Assembly: GCA_017355425.1 (NCBI GenBank)
Contig: CP070233.1
Location: 5,341,272 to 5,389,271 of the forward strand
Source: Dolichospermum sp. DET69
Lineage (GTDB): Bacteria; Cyanobacteriota; Cyanobacteriia; Cyanobacteriales; Nostocaceae
Reading direction: 5' to 3'
Length of the DNA: 48,000 bases
Positions 35,963 to 45,743 of this stretch are shown one piece after another (within the stretch, counting starts at the first letter, position 1; each line of letters opens with the position of its first letter). The position numbers and the translations under genes are program-made. The notes under the pieces were generated by a model, which saw nothing but the letters and a program-made list of their open reading frames with translations, made no database searches and was not told where the DNA came from.

Positions 35963-37256
35963 AGGACATAGACTAATTTTGAGTACCGTGAATGATGCAA
36001 CACACTGCGCTATTAGTAGGTAGCTATCCTATCTGTCTTCGCGCAACTACCGCAGGTAATACTAAGAGGATGAATGAACAAGTCTCTCATTGTGTATCAA
36101 ATGTTGTTTTACCCCTCCCTAACCCTCCCCTTAGAAAGGGGAGGGGACTTGATTTTCTGTTATCCCCCCTTTCTAAGGGGGAACTAAGGGGGGTAAATAA
36201 TCATACTCAACTTGTGAATATTGAAAAAGTGTCAATCACTTTGTGGTAATAACTGGCAAAAGGACATACTTAAATGGAGGGATATGTATGAAGACAGAAG
36301 CATTTTTATCTCTTAATCATTGAATGTTTTACCTAGTGGAGAATAATGTTCTGTATGTTGATATAGCAGTTGCCAGTTTTTAAAGTCCAGGATAACCTAT
36401 TTTAGATGATTAGACTGATAAAAGCTGCCAAAATCGTTACAAAATAATAAGCACTCTGTGGCAAATTCTCTAAATAGTGAAAAAATACTTAAACAGCTTT
36501 TCAAGAGTCTAGCAGTTTGTAACTTAATCAGATACAGAACCAAATTTATCAAGGGATAGGTTTTGTTTCTTTAGGCAATTCTGCTGTAAAAAACTGAATG
36601 GATTTTAGTATTTCTTCTGTTTATGGATATCAACTCAACAATTTATTTTTCATCTGTAAATGTTGAATTAATAAAAAGACTAGCATAGCTTATGAAAACT
36701 GAATAGTTCATTTTTGCTAATTTTTGGAGGAAAATATTTGTTGATTTACCTCCTTTTAAATAAAACATAATTAGCTGAGTATAATCTACAACCGTATTTG
36801 TTAATAACATTCCCTGGGTAATTACGGAGTTAACAGGCATATTTTCCTGATAATTCTAGGATTTTATCTAAATTGTCTCATAAGTAACTAATCAATAAAT
36901 ATACACAGGAAACATTTGAACATAATTGGGGTTTTTTTGAGCAAACTATCATAATCAAGCCTTGGTTTTTGATGAATTTATAAGATAACTCACCTTTTCC
37001 AGATAATTGGTTATTTATAAACCAAACATTAATTTTCGGGATGTTGAACACTAACCTATAGATATATCAATTGTGATGAAATGTGGACAGTTGCCATTTA
37101 TTTATGATAATTTGCTAAAAAAAGTACAGATTTTTATATTAATTCATGAGTAATTAAATATAGTATGTAGTTAAGGATTTTATTAATTAAAATAACTAAT
37201 TTTAGTTGACAATATCAAAGTTATTTGGGATAATTGCAGGTAAGTTTATTCATTCC

Positions 37257-37429
37257 CTCTAAGAGGTTGTTTGAAAAGTTTTGGGTGGTGATCTTAGGCG
37301 CTTGCTGATCCCCCCTAACCCCCCTTAAAAAGGGGGGAACTAGAGTCAAAGTCCCCCTTAAAAAGGGGGATTTAGGGGGATCTGAAAATATTTGATACAC
37401 CACGAAGGACTTTTAAAACATCCTCTAAG
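37257..37429. mobile_element. MITE family A relative (173 bp)
   Basis: Left end ctctaagaggttgtttgaaaagt and right end acttttaaaacatcctctaag are inverse. The core is made of ccccccttaaaaagggggg hairpins. The 60-aa ORF at 37221-37403 lies inside it and is spurious. Confidence 0.65.
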
Positions 37430-37485
37430 TTATTAGCATCATTACTGCTGGGAATTGAAGATTTTCATTTCTCCCTAGAGCTATC

Positions 37486-37527
37486 GTATTTTAGGCTACT
37501 TAATTAAATGCCAATTCAAGATAAAAT
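37486..37527 (+). promoter_or_regulatory. Candidate NtcA-activated (class II) promoter for hgdB
   Basis: GTATTTTAGGCTAC (GTA-N8-TAC) at 37486-37499, exactly 22 nt upstream of TAAAAT (TAN3T) at 37522-27. This is the canonical GTAN8TAC-N22-TAN3T geometry, about 205 nt upstream of the hgdB ATG. Confidence 0.35.
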
Positions 37528-37733
37528 TGATAGCATAGCGTGGCCTTAGTTATGAATGATTGGAAGTAAAAAACCCGTTAATCCTACCGCTAATTTTGGT
37601 ATTTATAACAGCTAGAACTGCTGGCAACAATTCATACATAAATAATTAGACGTATCACCTCTATGCAAGCAACAGAGGATAAGTCTGTAAACATGACAAG
37701 TATTTTCCGAAATAATACCATTGGAATAAAAAT

Positions 37734-38945
37734 ATGGCAGTAAATAAAGAACGCCAATTATTCAACCTAGCTGCGTTAAAGTGGAGAATAATTCTGGCAA
37801 CTTCTCTAACTTTAGCTACGGGATTAGTATCTGTATACATTTTTCATCAGTCGAAAGTAAATTCTCAGACTCAAGCTCCTGCTGTTACTTCGGTAATTAA
37901 ATCCCAACCCACTTCTGTTAAAGTTGCTGTCACGGCTTTAGGAAGATTACAACCACAGGACAAAATTACATATTTATCTGCTCCTAATTCTATCAACGGT
38001 GTCCGAGTAGAAAAACTGTTGGTAAAGGAAGGAGATAATGTTAAAAAAGGACAAGTATTAGCTTATCTAGAAAACTATACTCGTTCTCAAGTAGCTATCC
38101 AACAAGCATTTGATAAATTGTTAATTGCCAGAACTAAACTCGCACAGGTAAAAGCTGGAGCAAAAACTGGAGATATCAATGCTCAAAAAGCCACAATTAC
38201 GCGGTTAAATTCCCAATTGAAAGGAGATATTGCGGCTCAAGCAGCCACAATTAACCGCATTCGGGCTGAAGTTGAAAATGCTCAAAAAGAGAGTAACCGC
38301 TATCAGCAATTATCGAAAGATGGTGCTGTTTCGGTTTCTGTTTTTGATAGTAAAAATTTAGTTCTAAAAACTACACAACAGCAGTTAAAAGAAGCCGAAG
38401 CTACTCTCAAACGCACACAAGATACTCTGCAAGATCAACTCAAAGAAGGACAATCCAAACTTAATAGTATTAAAGAAGTCCGGGTTGTAGATGTAGAATT
38501 GGCAAAAAGTGAAGTTAAAAGTGCAGAAACGGCAATTCAACAAGCCAAAGCCGACCATGATTTAACTTACATTACTTCTACTCTAGATGGCACAATTTTA
38601 CGAATTCATTCCAGAAATGGCGAAGTAATTGGTACTTCTGGCTTTGCCGAAATCGGCAATACATCAAAAATGCAAATTTTAGCAGAAGTGTATCAAACCG
38701 ATATTCGAAATGTTCGACTTGGACAAAAAGCTACCATTACCAGCACTACATTTCCGGGCAAATTACAAGGAACTGTCCAAGAAATTGGTTGGCAAGTTGA
38801 TAAACAAGGCATCTTTAGTATTAATCCCAATTCTGACGCAGACCGCAGAGTAATTGAAGTCAAAATATCTATTGATAATCCCACCGATAGTCAAAAGATA
38901 TCTCGATTAACTAACTTACAAGTTGATGTAGCAATTCAAATTTAG
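37734..38945 (+). CDS. hgdB: DevB-family membrane-fusion (HlyD-type) protein of the HGL exporter
   Basis: 403 aa. N-terminal TM anchor, long coiled-coil hairpin and a beta-barrel C-terminus typical of DevB/HlyD adaptors. Located in the HGL island, followed by a devC homolog and no devA. Confidence 0.8.
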   Translation: MAVNKERQLFNLAALKWRIILATSLTLATGLVSVYIFHQSKVNSQTQAPAVTSVIKSQPTSVKVAVTALGRLQPQDKITYLSAPNSINGVRVEKLLVKEGDNVKKGQVLAYLENYTRSQVAIQQAFDKLLIARTKLAQVKAGAKTGDINAQKATITRLNSQLKGDIAAQAATINRIRAEVENAQKESNRYQQLSKDGAVSVSVFDSKNLVLKTTQQQLKEAEATLKRTQDTLQDQLKEGQSKLNSIKEVRVVDVELAKSEVKSAETAIQQAKADHDLTYITSTLDGTILRIHSRNGEVIGTSGFAEIGNTSKMQILAEVYQTDIRNVRLGQKATITSTTFPGKLQGTVQEIGWQVDKQGIFSINPNSDADRRVIEVKISIDNPTDSQKISRLTNLQVDVAIQI

Positions 38946-38974
38946 TCATGGGTCATTAGTTATTAGTCATTTTC

Positions 38975-39021
38975 AACAACTGACAACTGACAACTGACAA
39001 CTGACAACTAACAACTGACAA
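38975..39021. repeat. STRR-type heptamer tandem repeats (CAACTGA/CAACTAA, about 6.5 copies)
   Basis: caacaactgacaactgacaactgacaactgacaactaacaactgacaa. The array ends 4 nt before the hgdC ATG. It is the same heptamer as the array in front of plsY. Confidence 0.9.
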
Positions 39022-39025
39022 ATAT

Positions 39026-40204
39026 ATGAATATCAAAATTCCTTTAGGTTGGCTACAGCTTGTCCAGCAAAAACTCCGCTTTGTGATAGCTGTAGCCGGA
39101 ATTGGCTTTATTGTGCTGTTAATGTTTATTCAACTTGGTTTCCAAGATGCGCTATTTTCTAGCGCCACAGCCCTACATCAAAAATTACACGGTGATTTAT
39201 TTTTAGTTAGTTCTCAATATAAATCTTTGACAGCAATTCAAAGTTTTTCTCGCACTCGGTTATACCAAACTTTAGGATTTGATGGTGTTGATTCAGTTAG
39301 TTCAATTTATTTGCAATTTGCAAAATTAAAAAATCCCGTTAGCGGAGAGAAATATTCAATTTACGTTATTGGTTTTGATCCTGGAAAATCTGTGCTAGAC
39401 ATTCCAGAAGTACAACAAAATTTAGATAAACTGAAAATTTCTGATGTCATGCTATTTGATAGAGATGCCCGTCCAGAGTTTGGACCAATAGCAGAATTAT
39501 TTAAACAGGGAAATATCGAACAGCCAATTGAAATTTTTCCCTTTGATGCTGTTAAAGGTTATCGAGTCAGAGTTGGTGGTTTATTTAGTTTAGGGCCTTC
39601 CTTTGGTGTTGATGGTAATTTAATAGTTAGCGACTCAACATTCCTAAGAATAAATCCTAACAGCCGTCCAGTTGAAAAAATAGATATGGGAGTAATTAAA
39701 CTCAAAGATGGTGCTGATATAAAACAGGTTTTAGCAAATTTAAAAGCCAATCTACCAAAGGATGTAAAAATATTCACTCGTCAAGAATTTATTGATTTTG
39801 AAAAACAATATTGGTCAGTCAGAACTCCCATTGGTTTCATTCTTAACTTGATGTTAATTATGGCTTCAGTTGTCGGTGTGGTAATTGTTTATCAAATTCT
39901 CTATAGCAATATTTCTACTCAATTTATTGCCTATGCAACTTTAAAAGCTATTGGTTATGCTAATGGATATTTATTAAATGTTGTTTTTCAACAAGCATTA
40001 ATCTTAGCATTATTAGGTTATATTCCTGGCTTTATTGTTTCCATCGGGTTATATGATTTTGCGATGAAAGCAACTAAATTACCCATCATGATGACAAGCA
40101 ATAATGCCTCACTTGTCTTAATCTCTACAGTTCTAATTTGCATTACTTCTGGAGCATTAGCTATCAATAAACTCCGTTCTGCTGATCCTGCTGATAGTTT
40201 CTAG
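39026..40204 (+). CDS. hgdC: DevC-family ABC exporter permease (FtsX/MacB-like)
   Basis: 392 aa. One N-terminal TM, a large periplasmic domain and three C-terminal TMs (FtsX-type topology). Positioned directly after hgdB. Confidence 0.8.
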   Translation: MNIKIPLGWLQLVQQKLRFVIAVAGIGFIVLLMFIQLGFQDALFSSATALHQKLHGDLFLVSSQYKSLTAIQSFSRTRLYQTLGFDGVDSVSSIYLQFAKLKNPVSGEKYSIYVIGFDPGKSVLDIPEVQQNLDKLKISDVMLFDRDARPEFGPIAELFKQGNIEQPIEIFPFDAVKGYRVRVGGLFSLGPSFGVDGNLIVSDSTFLRINPNSRPVEKIDMGVIKLKDGADIKQVLANLKANLPKDVKIFTRQEFIDFEKQYWSVRTPIGFILNLMLIMASVVGVVIVYQILYSNISTQFIAYATLKAIGYANGYLLNVVFQQALILALLGYIPGFIVSIGLYDFAMKATKLPIMMTSNNASLVLISTVLICITSGALAINKLRSADPADSF

Positions 40205-40422
40205 AAATTTGTTGCATTACAAATTAATCAGCTTCTGGCAAATATTTTCTAAATTAACACCAACCAAAGATAGAAGTTGAATGTTATTAATAACAGTAAG
40301 ATTCTCTTGCGAGTACAACAGTTCATAGTTGCATCTCATCGCAATTATTCAACTTAGATTGTACAACTTTGTCAAATGTATGGCTAAAGCCATTTTATCA
40401 CCAAACACCTATCTAAAACTCC

Positions 40423-41427
40423 ATGAACCTCCAAAACAAAACTCTGCTGATTACTGGAATTGATGAATTTATTGGTTTACGTGCAGCCGAACTAGCTATA
40501 GCGCAAGGGATGAAAGTCCGAGGGATACAAAGTTCCCAAGTTAAGGATCAAACAGCACAAAAATTAGGTATTGAAATTTTAGTTGGTAATATCACTGATT
40601 CTGTATTTTGTGTGAAAGCTTGTCAGGGAGTAGATATAGTTTTACACAATGCTCAACTTGCCGAAGAAGCCGGAGATATTAAGCATTTTCGAGAAATAAA
40701 TGTTTCTGGCACTGTTAATATCGCCAAGGCTGCTAAACAAGCTGGTGTAAAAACATTTGTCCATCTTTCTACCGCTTTAGTATATGGATTTGACTACCCA
40801 GAAAAAGTTACAGAATTAGGTGCGCTTTCTGGCGAAAATAATGCTTATTGTCAAACAAAAATTGAAGCAGAAATCGAAGTTTTAAAACTCAATAATGCCC
40901 CAGAATTTGGAGTCATTGTCATTCGGGCTGGAGATGTTTATGGGCCAGGAAGTCTTCCTTGGATTGTGCGGCCAATTCACATGATGCGACAAAAATTATT
41001 TGCCTATGCTAATGAAGGCAAAGGTGTGATGAATCATCTATATGTTGATAACTTAATTGATGCCATCTTTTTAGCTATAGAAAAATTAGCTTATGGAGAG
41101 GTTTTCAATATTACCGACGGTAAAGAAACTTCCTGGAAAGATTATTTTATTCATCTCGCTTCACTAGAAAATTTACCAGCACCAATGTCTTTACCTAAAG
41201 AGGAAATGAAATTATTTCTTCGAGTGCGTCTTCAAGGACAAAAACTATTTCGTAAAAAAGCTGATATTCTCCCCGAATCAGTTGATTTTATGAGTCGTCC
41301 TTATGCTTATTCTATTGCTAAAGCAGAAAGTGTTTTAAATTATCAAGCCAAAGTTGATTTAGCCGAAGGAATGCGCCGTACTCACGAATGGTTACAAAAA
41401 ACTGACATTCAAAAATTGATGAAATAA
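40423..41427 (+). CDS. hgdA: NAD-dependent sugar epimerase/dehydratase (HgdA-type UDP-hexose 4-epimerase)
   Basis: 334 aa extended SDR. LLITGIDEFIGLRAAE (variant of the GxxGxxG motif) and YCQTK (YxxxK). It follows hgdC, as in PCC 7120. Confidence 0.7.
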   Translation: MNLQNKTLLITGIDEFIGLRAAELAIAQGMKVRGIQSSQVKDQTAQKLGIEILVGNITDSVFCVKACQGVDIVLHNAQLAEEAGDIKHFREINVSGTVNIAKAAKQAGVKTFVHLSTALVYGFDYPEKVTELGALSGENNAYCQTKIEAEIEVLKLNNAPEFGVIVIRAGDVYGPGSLPWIVRPIHMMRQKLFAYANEGKGVMNHLYVDNLIDAIFLAIEKLAYGEVFNITDGKETSWKDYFIHLASLENLPAPMSLPKEEMKLFLRVRLQGQKLFRKKADILPESVDFMSRPYAYSIAKAESVLNYQAKVDLAEGMRRTHEWLQKTDIQKLMK

Positions 41428-41458
41428 ATCAAACTTCATAAGAGCAAATTTTCATGAC

Positions 41459-41938
41459 ATGAAAAGGAAAAATAAACTCATGCTAAAAATTACAAATCTG
41501 TTCATTGCTACCTTGCTAACTATTAGCTTTGCTGAAGTAGCTTATGCTGAACCAACAACCTCTTTAACTGTAGTTGTTAATGGTATTCGTAACCAAACTG
41601 GGGAAATTTGTATGCGAGTTTATAACTCAGAAAAAGGATTTCCCAGCAGTGATAAAAGTGGCATTAAGAGTGGCTGTACTAAAATTACAGGAAATTCTAT
41701 TAAACAGGTATTCTCTGGCTTAAAACCTGGTAATTATGCTGTAGCTGTAGTTGATGATCAAAATGGTGATCACAAACTGAATAAAGACTTTTTTGGAATT
41801 CCTCAAGAAGGTTTTGGAATTTCTAAAAATCCTCCTGTTTCTATCAGCACTGGCGCACCTAAATTCAATAATGCCAGTTTTAAAGTTGACAAGAATACTA
41901 GCATTAATATCTTTTTAAAGTATTCTCTTGATCCCTAA
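41459..41938 (+). CDS. Secreted DUF2141-family protein
   Basis: 159 aa. Signal peptide (LFIATLLTISFAEVAYA) and DUF2141-like blocks (GEICMRVYNSEKGFP, DQNGDHKLNKDFFGIPQEGFGISKNP). Confidence 0.6.
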   Translation: MKRKNKLMLKITNLFIATLLTISFAEVAYAEPTTSLTVVVNGIRNQTGEICMRVYNSEKGFPSSDKSGIKSGCTKITGNSIKQVFSGLKPGNYAVAVVDDQNGDHKLNKDFFGIPQEGFGISKNPPVSISTGAPKFNNASFKVDKNTSINIFLKYSLDP

Positions 41939-42125
41939 TTGAGAATCAGGAATTGGGTATAAATCCTAATTCCTTATTTTCTTATTTCTTCTTCTTCTTC
42001 TTTCTTCTTATTTCTTCTTCTTCTTCCTTCTTTCTTCGTGTACTTCGCTCCTTCGTGGTTCAGTACGGGCGTATTGCTATACGCCCCTACTGACTCGGTG
42101 ACTCCTTCCTAAGACTATAGAGATA

Positions 42126-43385
42126 ATGCCAGATTTCATAATATTTCTATCTAAGTCTTTGTTCGGTTGGCTGATAATTCAAACTTGTTTAACGTTAGTA
42201 TTTTTATGGTATTTACGTTCATACAAACCAAAGTTATTACCAGATGAACAGTTACCAAAAACGGCTGTAATACTTTGTTTACGAGGTGCAGATCCTTTTT
42301 TGCCTAATTGTTTGCGATCGCTCTTCCAACAAAATTACCCAGAATACGATTTAAAGCTAATCATTGATAGTAAAGACGATCCAGCTTTTAAAATCGCCAC
42401 AGAAACAATCAATCAAATCGGTGCAACCAACGTCCAAATTAGCACATTAAGAGCAGTTCGTCATAATTGTAGTCTTAAATGCAGTTCCTTAGTACAAGCT
42501 GTTTCTGATTTGGATAATGCTTATCCAGTTATAGCTTTTATAGATGCTGATACCGTAGTTCATTCTAATTGGTTGCGAGAATTAGTTACCCCTCTTCTTG
42601 ATGATCAAGTTGGAATCACAACCGGAAACCGTTGGTATGTTCCCACAGGTAATTATTGGGGTTCATTAGTTCGCTACTCCGGTAACGTTTCTACAGTTGT
42701 GCAAATGTTTCTCTTTCAAATTCCCTGGGGTGGAACTTTAGCAATCAAAACAGAAGTATTAAACCGGATCAAACTTTTAGATAAGTGGGGAGAAGTATTA
42801 ACAGATGATATGCTTCTCCATAAACTTATCAAGCAAGAAAAGTTACAAATAAAGTTTATCCCTTCTTTATTGATGCTAAATCGGGAAGAAAGTAGTTTAC
42901 GTAACTTACTAGAATCATTAAAAAGGTTAATAATTGGTTCTAAACTTTATCATCCCCGGTGGTTAGCAATAGTCAGTGAAGCATATTCTAGTATTCTCGT
43001 ACCCAATGTAGTCATCATCCTTATCTTCCAACTATTGCTTGAGGCTAAATGGGACGCAGCGGCGTTATTATTTTCCGTGTATACTTCCTACACCATTGGC
43101 TTAGTCTTACTAATGCTATTAATGGAATTAGGGATACATCAAATGCTGCACAAGCAAGGTAAAAAAATACCTAAATTATCGCCTTTAATCATCTTCAAAA
43201 TGTTGATAGTTATTCCCTTAACACAGTGGGTTTATGGTTTAACAATCCTATCTTCCTTGTGGACATCAAGCATTACATGGCGTGGACTTACTTATCGAAT
43301 TAAAGGGCGTGAAAATATTCGCTTAATTGAATACCGTCCTTACCAGTGGTTAGATCAACCAATTGATCCAAAAGCTTCACTTTAA
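42126..43385 (+). CDS. Membrane-bound GT2 glycosyltransferase (ceramide-glucosyltransferase / HpnI-like)
   Basis: 419 aa. N-terminal TM, AVILCLRGADPFL...YPEYDLKLIIDSKDDPA, FIDADTVV (DxD), TGNRWY, then several C-terminal TMs. Confidence 0.7.
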   Translation: MPDFIIFLSKSLFGWLIIQTCLTLVFLWYLRSYKPKLLPDEQLPKTAVILCLRGADPFLPNCLRSLFQQNYPEYDLKLIIDSKDDPAFKIATETINQIGATNVQISTLRAVRHNCSLKCSSLVQAVSDLDNAYPVIAFIDADTVVHSNWLRELVTPLLDDQVGITTGNRWYVPTGNYWGSLVRYSGNVSTVVQMFLFQIPWGGTLAIKTEVLNRIKLLDKWGEVLTDDMLLHKLIKQEKLQIKFIPSLLMLNREESSLRNLLESLKRLIIGSKLYHPRWLAIVSEAYSSILVPNVVIILIFQLLLEAKWDAAALLFSVYTSYTIGLVLLMLLMELGIHQMLHKQGKKIPKLSPLIIFKMLIVIPLTQWVYGLTILSSLWTSSITWRGLTYRIKGRENIRLIEYRPYQWLDQPIDPKASL

Positions 43386-43507
43386 AGGAATAGGGAAAAA
43401 TTTTAGATTTATTATTTACACTTCAATATCTAAAATCCCCAATCCAATAATTATTATAAACCAGCGCATCAGTAATCTATTTTTGCAGAAAAAATTACCT
43501 CAAAATC

Positions 43508-44788
43508 ATGAAAAATAAACCTCTTCGCATTGCCTTATTTACAGGATTATATGCTCCATTCTTAACAGGAGTTTCTGTTGCAGTTCATCAACGAGTTCAC
43601 TGGCTATTAAAGCAAGGACATGAAGTTTTTCTAGTCCACCCAGAAATCAATGATAAATATCCTCCACAAGTTGGGAATCGTCCCATGTCGGGAATAGAAG
43701 AACTAGAACCTTTTATCAACTTTTCTTCCTATTCATTTCCTACAGAACCACTGAGATTTTATAAATCTTTACCCCAACCATTAAACCATCGTTATTGGAG
43801 TGATACAAAATTACTGACTCACTTTCAACCTGATATTATTGTTGTGGAAGAAGCCCCACAAATGAGAGGTTTATACTCTGGATTTTTGCAAGGTTATGGG
43901 CGTTCTGTGGGAGTAGAATATGCAAAAAAAACTAAAACACCCATTATTTCAATTTTCCATACAGATATTATTGCCTATATCCAATATTATTTCGGGAATA
44001 AGTTTTTTAATTTAGTCCGTCCTCTTTTGCCAATTTTAGTGAAACAATTTAGCGAAACTTACGATTTAAGTTTATTCTCTTCCCGTGAACAATTAACCAA
44101 ATACCAAAAACTAAAAGCTCAACGCAGCGAATATCTCCCCTATCAAGGAATTGATTGCGAGAAATTTCATCCTCGCAATATTTCTCATGATCCAATTCCT
44201 AATGATAAACGCCCAACCATTTTATTTGTGGGACGCATTACCCCAGAAAAAAATGTTAATCAACTTTTAGATATTTATCCTCTCATTGCTGCTAAAATTC
44301 CTGATGTGCATTTAGTAATTGTTGGTAGCGGTCCATTAGATGCAGAAATTCGCCGTCGCGCTGAAAAATTCCCCAATGGTGTCACAATTTGGGGTGAATC
44401 TCATGGTAAAGAACTTTTAGGTTGGTTTGCGAAAGCAGATATATTTGTCAACCCTTCAGTGACGGAAAATTTCTGTACTACAACTAACGAAGCCTTAGCC
44501 TCTGGAACTCCCGTAGTTGCTGTTGTTGCCCCTTCAACTGCTGAACAGGTTATTTCTGGAGTTAATGGTTTTTTAGCTGCACCTAATAACCCTGAAGACT
44601 TTGCCCAAAAGGTAATTACAATTCTCGAAAATCCTGACCTCAAAAACCAATTAACAGCACAAGCACGTCCCTCAATTCTGGAATTTGATTGGTCAGCTTG
44701 TACCCAAAAATTTGAAAACAAGCTTTATGAATTAGTGAATAAAAATCAAGCAGTTCAAGAGTCCAGAAGTTCAAAATTCTTCGGATAA
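43508..44788 (+). CDS. hglT: GT4 glycosyltransferase; probable heterocyst glycolipid glycosyltransferase HglT
   Basis: 426 aa GT-B enzyme (RIALFTGLYAPFLTGVSVAV; FVNPSVTENFCTTTNEALASGTPVVAV). It is the last gene of the hgd string, the position of hglT (all5341) in PCC 7120 as I recall it. Confidence 0.6.
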   Translation: MKNKPLRIALFTGLYAPFLTGVSVAVHQRVHWLLKQGHEVFLVHPEINDKYPPQVGNRPMSGIEELEPFINFSSYSFPTEPLRFYKSLPQPLNHRYWSDTKLLTHFQPDIIVVEEAPQMRGLYSGFLQGYGRSVGVEYAKKTKTPIISIFHTDIIAYIQYYFGNKFFNLVRPLLPILVKQFSETYDLSLFSSREQLTKYQKLKAQRSEYLPYQGIDCEKFHPRNISHDPIPNDKRPTILFVGRITPEKNVNQLLDIYPLIAAKIPDVHLVIVGSGPLDAEIRRRAEKFPNGVTIWGESHGKELLGWFAKADIFVNPSVTENFCTTTNEALASGTPVVAVVAPSTAEQVISGVNGFLAAPNNPEDFAQKVITILENPDLKNQLTAQARPSILEFDWSACTQKFENKLYELVNKNQAVQESRSSKFFG

Positions 44789-44796
44789 TTTTGTAG

Positions 44797-44813
44797 GGTG
44801 GGCATTGCCCACC
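44797..44813 (+). terminator. Candidate terminator hairpin after hglT
   Basis: ggtgggc-att-gcccacc 9 nt after the stop, followed by agcatttta. The U-tract is weak, and this hairpin is also a common Nostocales repeat word. Confidence 0.35.
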
Positions 44814-45188
44814 AGCATTTTATAATACCTCTCCAAAGATAGAGGCAATGTGGGATACCACCTTTACCAACTCAGTTGGTGATGTTGTACTGGATGTTCA
44901 CGATGTCGGAGAATGTCTCGGTTAAAAGTATCAGCAGAATCAAACTCTTAATTCATTTTAAAAAACGCCAACTTGGCTACTGAGATACAAACACCTCTGC
45001 TACAGTATTTAGGTAGTTGACCTGTGGGCTTTTAGGTTCTTAGTTTGAGATGCTGACAAAGCTATTTTGTGATCAGTCTAAAGATTGCCTACTCCAACTG
45101 ATGACAAGATTGCTATTGTTCTCAATCGTTCCTAAAACTCTTTATACCTCAGAAGTTCTTGCTTCTGGGGTTTTTGTTATTTTAGTCA

Positions 45189-45428
45189 TTAGAGGGTGTT
45201 TGATAGCGTTCACGAAGTGTGCCGTATCCCTGCGGGAGCCGGAGGCATCAGGCATAGCGTGGCGTTAGCCATAAAGTATTAAATAAAACCAATAATCTCC
45301 AAAAACCTAACCCCCCTGCCCCCCTTCCCTAGGAGGGAAGAGGGGTTTCAAAGCCTCTCCCCGCTTCGGGGAGAGGTTTACAAGAGGGGTTAATTTATAC
45401 CTTGAAAACTTTTAAAACATCCTCTTAA
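45189..45428. mobile_element. MITE family A, copy 2 (inverted relative to 6969-7428, without the nested insert)
   Basis: From ttagagggtgtttgatagcgttcacgaagtg to ttttaaaacatcctcttaa. It is colinear with the reverse complement of copy 1 apart from small indels. The 72-aa ORF at 45050-45268 overlaps it and is probably spurious. Confidence 0.7.
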
Positions 45429-45701
45429 TCATTAGTCATTGCTCAAGCAAGAAAATCCTAGACCAAACAATCTTAATTATGTCCGCAATTTCTCAGATTT
45501 CCCACCTTTTTTAGGCATGGGAGATATTCATATGTATAAATTATTATCAATAAATCCCCATTTCTTCAGACATAAATAGAGGAATTATGTCCTAACTCTT
45601 AGATCAAACCACTTGATTTTCTAAAATTAATTCGTAAAAATATAAATAAGTCTAACATCTTGTAGGCTCTCTTGGTGACAACTTAACCTTATCCAATGTA
45701 C

Positions 45702-45726
45702 AAAGTCCGCTTGCGCGGACTTTTTT
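45702..45726. terminator. Bidirectional Rho-independent terminator (serves the TPR gene on the minus strand)
   Basis: aaaGTCCGC-ttgc-GCGGACtttttt. There is an A-tract on one side and a T-tract on the other. It lies 18 nt beyond the stop of the minus-strand TPR gene. Confidence 0.6.
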
Positions 45727-45743
45727 ATTTATCTTGATATCTT

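Noticed and set aside
36193-36206. A perfect GTAAATAATCATAC (GTA-N8-TAC) palindrome about 230 nt upstream of hglE as an NtcA site
   Set aside because: No TAN3T -10 box lies at the required 22-nt distance on the hglE (minus) side; the sequence there is TAGAAA. None lies on the plus side either. The site also sits at the edge of a G/C-hairpin repeat element.
35772-36249. ORFs 35772-36023 (+) and 35992-36249 (+)
   Set aside because: The first is antisense to the hglE 5' end. The second runs through a repeat element (PLPNPPLRKGRGLDF is the translation of the cccctcccc/gggaggggg hairpins). Neither has an RBS or a family motif.
36643-37403. ORFs 36643-36840 (-) and 37221-37403 (-)
   Set aside because: The first is in very AT-rich DNA with an N/I/F/K-biased composition and no recognisable motif. 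The second is inside the 37257-37429 MITE. They are unsupported as genes, although small-protein coding cannot be formally excluded.
45050-45268. 72-aa ORF (+)
   Set aside because: Its 3' third is the terminal part of MITE family A copy 2. It has no RBS or homology cues.
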